Origin: Eledone cirrhosa
Taxonomy: Eukaryota
Length of the DNA: 64,000 bases
Direction: 5' to 3'
Assembly (NCBI GenBank): GCA_964016885.1
Contig: OZ024744.1
Coordinates: forward strand, 91,202,001 to 91,266,000
The notes under the pieces were generated by a model. It saw only the letters and a list, made by a program, of their open reading frames with translations. It ran no database searches and was not told the origin of the DNA. Shown here piece by piece: positions 60,397 to 64,000 of the stretch; positions within the stretch are counted from its first letter, which is position 1, and each line of letters begins with the position of its first letter. The translations under genes and the position numbers were made by a program.

Positions 60397-61180
60397 CTAG
60401 CATTAAAGCCCGGCGTTGCTCGGGGTCAGTAAGTTACCAAAGTTAGGTTGCGCCACCCATTTTATGGCAGCACTTTTTTGTCTGCCAGGCACTGGGTGAA
60501 TGAATTGCAGACCTGGACTCCCAAAGCAGGAGCTGCGCCAGCAGTGACAATTGTAGTTTCGCCTATGGATATTATCTCTGTGCAAAGAAGTGTTGAAATT
60601 TATTGTTTCACAGTACTTGCGCAACACGCGCGTAGACGATGCCAGCCGAACAACAGAGCTGCGATGGAGTTGTTCTGCATGGTTGTCTAATGTGTGTTTT
60701 CTAAATTTAAGACAGTAGGGAGGGGTGTGATATGGAGGAGAGTTAGCTGTTGTTTCTAGCAGGTTTAGTGACCTCATAGAGGATATGTGTTTTCTAAATT
60801 TAAGACAGTAGGGAGTGGTGTGATATGGGGGAGAGTTAGCTGCTGTTTCTAGCAGGTTTAGTGACCTCATAGAGGATATGTTTTCTAAATTTAAGACAGT
60901 AGGGAGGGGTGTGATATGGGGGAGAGTTAGCTGCTGCTTCTAGCAGGTTTAATGACCTCATAGAGGATATTATTGTGTATAGTAAACGTATGAAATGTAA
61001 TAAGTTCTCTTTGTAATTGAAGTAAATAAATGTTTGACCGTTCCACACTCAAAAACAAACGTTCTCTCTCTCTCTCTCACTCTCTTCCTCTCTCTCTCTC
61101 TCTCTCACTCTCTTCCTCTCTCTCTCTCACTCTCTTCCTCTCTCTCTCTCACTCTCTTCCTCTCTCTCCCTCACTCTCTT

Positions 61181-61216
<36 letters not shown>

Positions 61217-61530
61217 TCTCTTCTTCTCTCTCTTCGGGGTTCCTAAAGGAAGTTTGTAAGCATGTATGTAGTTTTATTGAATTTTAAGGGGAGTAGAAAG
61301 AAGTAAGCAGATTCTATTAGAGGGGTAAAGCGTCATGCATTTAGTTTTATCGATTATTTCCGTAATTATGGGTGAGTTTGAATGAAATAAATAGTCGTTG
61401 ACCTAAGTTAGACCATTTACAACATTCTTACAGACTTTGAGTCGAATCGGTTTGAAATTGTGCAAATGTATAAACATGGAACATGCACACACACACACAC
61501 ACACAACAACAACAATCTGCCTTTTATAGA
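60397..61530 (-). mobile_element. Non-autonomous Helitron, family C, with internal 3 x ~93-bp repeat (60690-60970) and (CT)n
   Basis: Minus-strand 5' A|TCTATAAAAGG at 61530; 3' CCCGAGCAACGCCGGGCTTTAATG-CTAG|T at 60397. Confidence 0.75.
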
Positions 61531-62175
61531 TAATTGTTTCTACTTTAGGCACAAGGCCAGCAATTACCCAGTGCATTACTGGTACTTTATTTTATCAACC
61601 CCGTAAGGATGAAAGGCAAAGTCAACCTCGGCGGGATTTGAACTCAGATAATGATATATATATGTATACACACACATATACACATATCTGTATACATTTA
61701 TATATGCACATAAATATATGTACTTATACATATACTAATATACACATGTGAATAATTAGTTACAAAAAAAATATATGTTCACATCAATATAAGTTGCTAG
61801 AAGGAAATGCCTAACAAGCAATTTTAATTATGTAGCTTATGTAACGAAGTGTAATATAGGGGAGATAAGTCACACTTTATAACGACATGAATAAGAGGAA
61901 CACCAACTTACCAATTATAAATAGTCATTAATATTCACGTTAGTCATAAACATACAAATTACAAAAAAAAACATGTAAAAAAAAGTAAACACGAAATAGG
62001 TTTGTACGAAAAAGTCAGAGTGAACTAAAAATAAGAAAATAAATATGATGCTAAAAATATATAAATAGCCAAACATGTTGAACACATACATACACACATA
62101 CATACACACATACATACAACTTTTCCCATATGTGCACACATATGCATTTATATTTATATATCTGAGAAACAAATC

Positions 62176-62226
<51 letters not shown>

Positions 62227-62818
62227 TTATCATCATCATCATCATCATTTTACGTCCGCTTTTCCCTGCTTGCAAGGGTGGGACGGTAACTGATTCTGGC
62301 TTGATTTCTACAGCTGGATGCCTTTCTTAATACCAACCTCATTTACAGTGAGTGCTGGGTCCTTTTTTTCCGTGGCGCCTACACATCCACTTTACAGTGT
62401 GGGCTGGGTTGTTTTTTGCCATGGCACCTCCACAACCACTTTGCAGTGGAATGATAGGGACCCCAGTCCCTATCATCTCATTTCTACAGCTGAGTAAACT
62501 GGAGCAATGTGAAATAAAGTGTCTTGATCAAGGAAACAACACATCACCTGATCTGAGAATTAAACTCACAACGTTTTGTTTCGATTGCAAGGCCAATGCT
62601 CTAGCCACTAAGCCATGTGCCACACACACACACATATATATATATATATAAAGAATTAGTATATCTACCAACATATGTATACAGATGCATACCTATGTTA
62701 GCAAATATATATGTTTTGTCTTAGTAACTTTGTGGTTCTATGCAAGGGGATGCAGAACAATTATATGAAAGACGTAAATAAGAAAGTTATGAAAATTGAC
62801 TTACTTACTAAAATTTCA

Positions 62819-62897
62819 CTCCAACTAATTAGTTTCTGTAAGGGGATAAATATGGATACGGAGCGTATCTATAGAGAAACCTTACGTCATCAGGGAG
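62819..62897 (-). ncRNA. Type I hammerhead ribozyme motif
   Basis: Minus strand: CTCC-CTGATGA-C-GTAAGG..[TATAGATACG/CGTATCCATA]..CCTTAC-A-GAAAC-TAATTA-GTT-GGAG. Confidence 0.7.
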
Positions 62898-63474
62898 TCT
62901 ATTCTCAGCTAAGCTCCCAGGCAATGCGAGGACACTGGGAACTTATATAAAAATAATTCAGTGGATGGAAAAATACAAGCGGGGCTAGATTCCAAGACAT
63001 TGAAAAATTCACTGCTTACTTGGTCAAGTGGCAAATTCAAAAGAATCAATCACGTGACACTGAGATTAATCAGCTAGGAGTGGGGGTACTATTAAGACAG
63101 AGCCTAGCCACTACTATTAATCACAGTAGTAATTTCGGCAAGTTTTACTCAACAAATAATTTGGAGATAAACAATGCAAAATGGACGATAAGATGAGGTA
63201 ACGAAGAGTAAAAGTTATCTTTTAATCATGATTTGTTTTTTGTTGTTGTTGTTATTTTATTTGTCCAATATTCCAGGACCTAAAAGTCCCTTCATCAGGG
63301 TTTAAGGAACAACAACAACAAAAAAAAACCCAAAGATTACCAGGTAACTTACTTTTACTTTTTGTTACCTCATCTTACAGTCCATTTTGCATTGTTTAGC
63401 CTTCTACCTCTTTCAACATTATATATATATATATATATACAATTCAATACATAAACAGAGAAAGCCTTAAGTGA

Positions 63475-63810
63475 TACTCCGACCAACTCCATCTCACTCA
63501 ACAAACATTAGTATATACTTAAGTATTATCCCAATTTAGTGTTTGGGGTGTTAACTAATCAGTATTTCGTGGATAGCTGGTTGTATTATTTTATATGAGA
63601 CATTATTAAATAAATATCTCATTCCTTCCAGACGGCCGTTTCATTATAAGATTTCTACAATTTGGGATAAATAATTTCCAGATTATGTAGAAACTTGTAT
63701 ATAATCCATAGTTTTATACACAAGCGGGCTCTTATAAACTCATCAGTGGATGCCCAATTAATAACGATATAAGAATTATATCGACATTAACAGAATGGTG
63801 ATGGTCTCCC
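63475..63810 (-). mobile_element. Hammerhead-containing repeat, copy 2 (may extend further right)
   Basis: Homologous to 1625-1953. Confidence 0.7.
63627..63750 (-). ncRNA. Type I hammerhead ribozyme motif with canonical GUC site and large branched stem II
   Basis: Minus strand: TCCA-CTGATGA-GTTTATAAG-[80 nt]-CTTATAAT-GAAAC-GGCC-GTC-TGGA. Confidence 0.8.
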
Positions 63811-64000
63811 TCAGCGCTAAGAAGAGACTGGTAGATTAGAATCCAACAGTTCTCCAACAGTTCTCTCAAAGAAAAAATACACGCTGCCCCCCAAAAGGGT
63901 AAAGGGAGGTCATCTTAAAATAAAACAATATACATATATATAGTTCAAGGAGAGAACAAACAGAGGCACAAAAAGTCTTATTAGTTTCATGCTTTATATT

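Noticed and set aside
62900-63170. GIY-YIG/Penelope coding remnant upstream of the hammerhead
   Set aside because: No recognisable motif by manual translation.

Overview
AT-rich, microsatellite-dense animal genomic DNA, probably a cephalopod such as Octopus (inferred from its SINE/LINE repertoire; no database search was possible). It is almost entirely transposable elements and repeats. Long elements: an apparently intact RTE-clade LINE (48.4-52 kb, minus strand, 1039-aa APE-RT ORF with a PHD-type C4HC3 finger) and a 5'-truncated CR1-clade LINE (23.0-26.9 kb) that is the innermost layer of a four-level nest. Also present: an internally deleted maT (DD37D) transposon, several non-autonomous Helitrons, piggyBac-, hAT- and mariner-type MITEs, and dozens of tRNA-derived SINEs (CORE-like and Meta-like). 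One large Ser/Asp-rich exon and one small in-frame exon suggest a host gene on the + strand. Most notable: (i) four well-formed and several decayed type I hammerhead ribozyme motifs, two carrying a large branched stem II in a shared ~330-bp repeat, all next to (TA)n tracts; (ii) two independent 11-12-copy arrays of SINE heads (Pol III promoter arrays); (iii) several MITEs turned into minisatellites; (iv) multiple fold-back palindromes and a templated inverted insertion. Most short ORFs in the supplied track are microsatellite or antisense artefacts.
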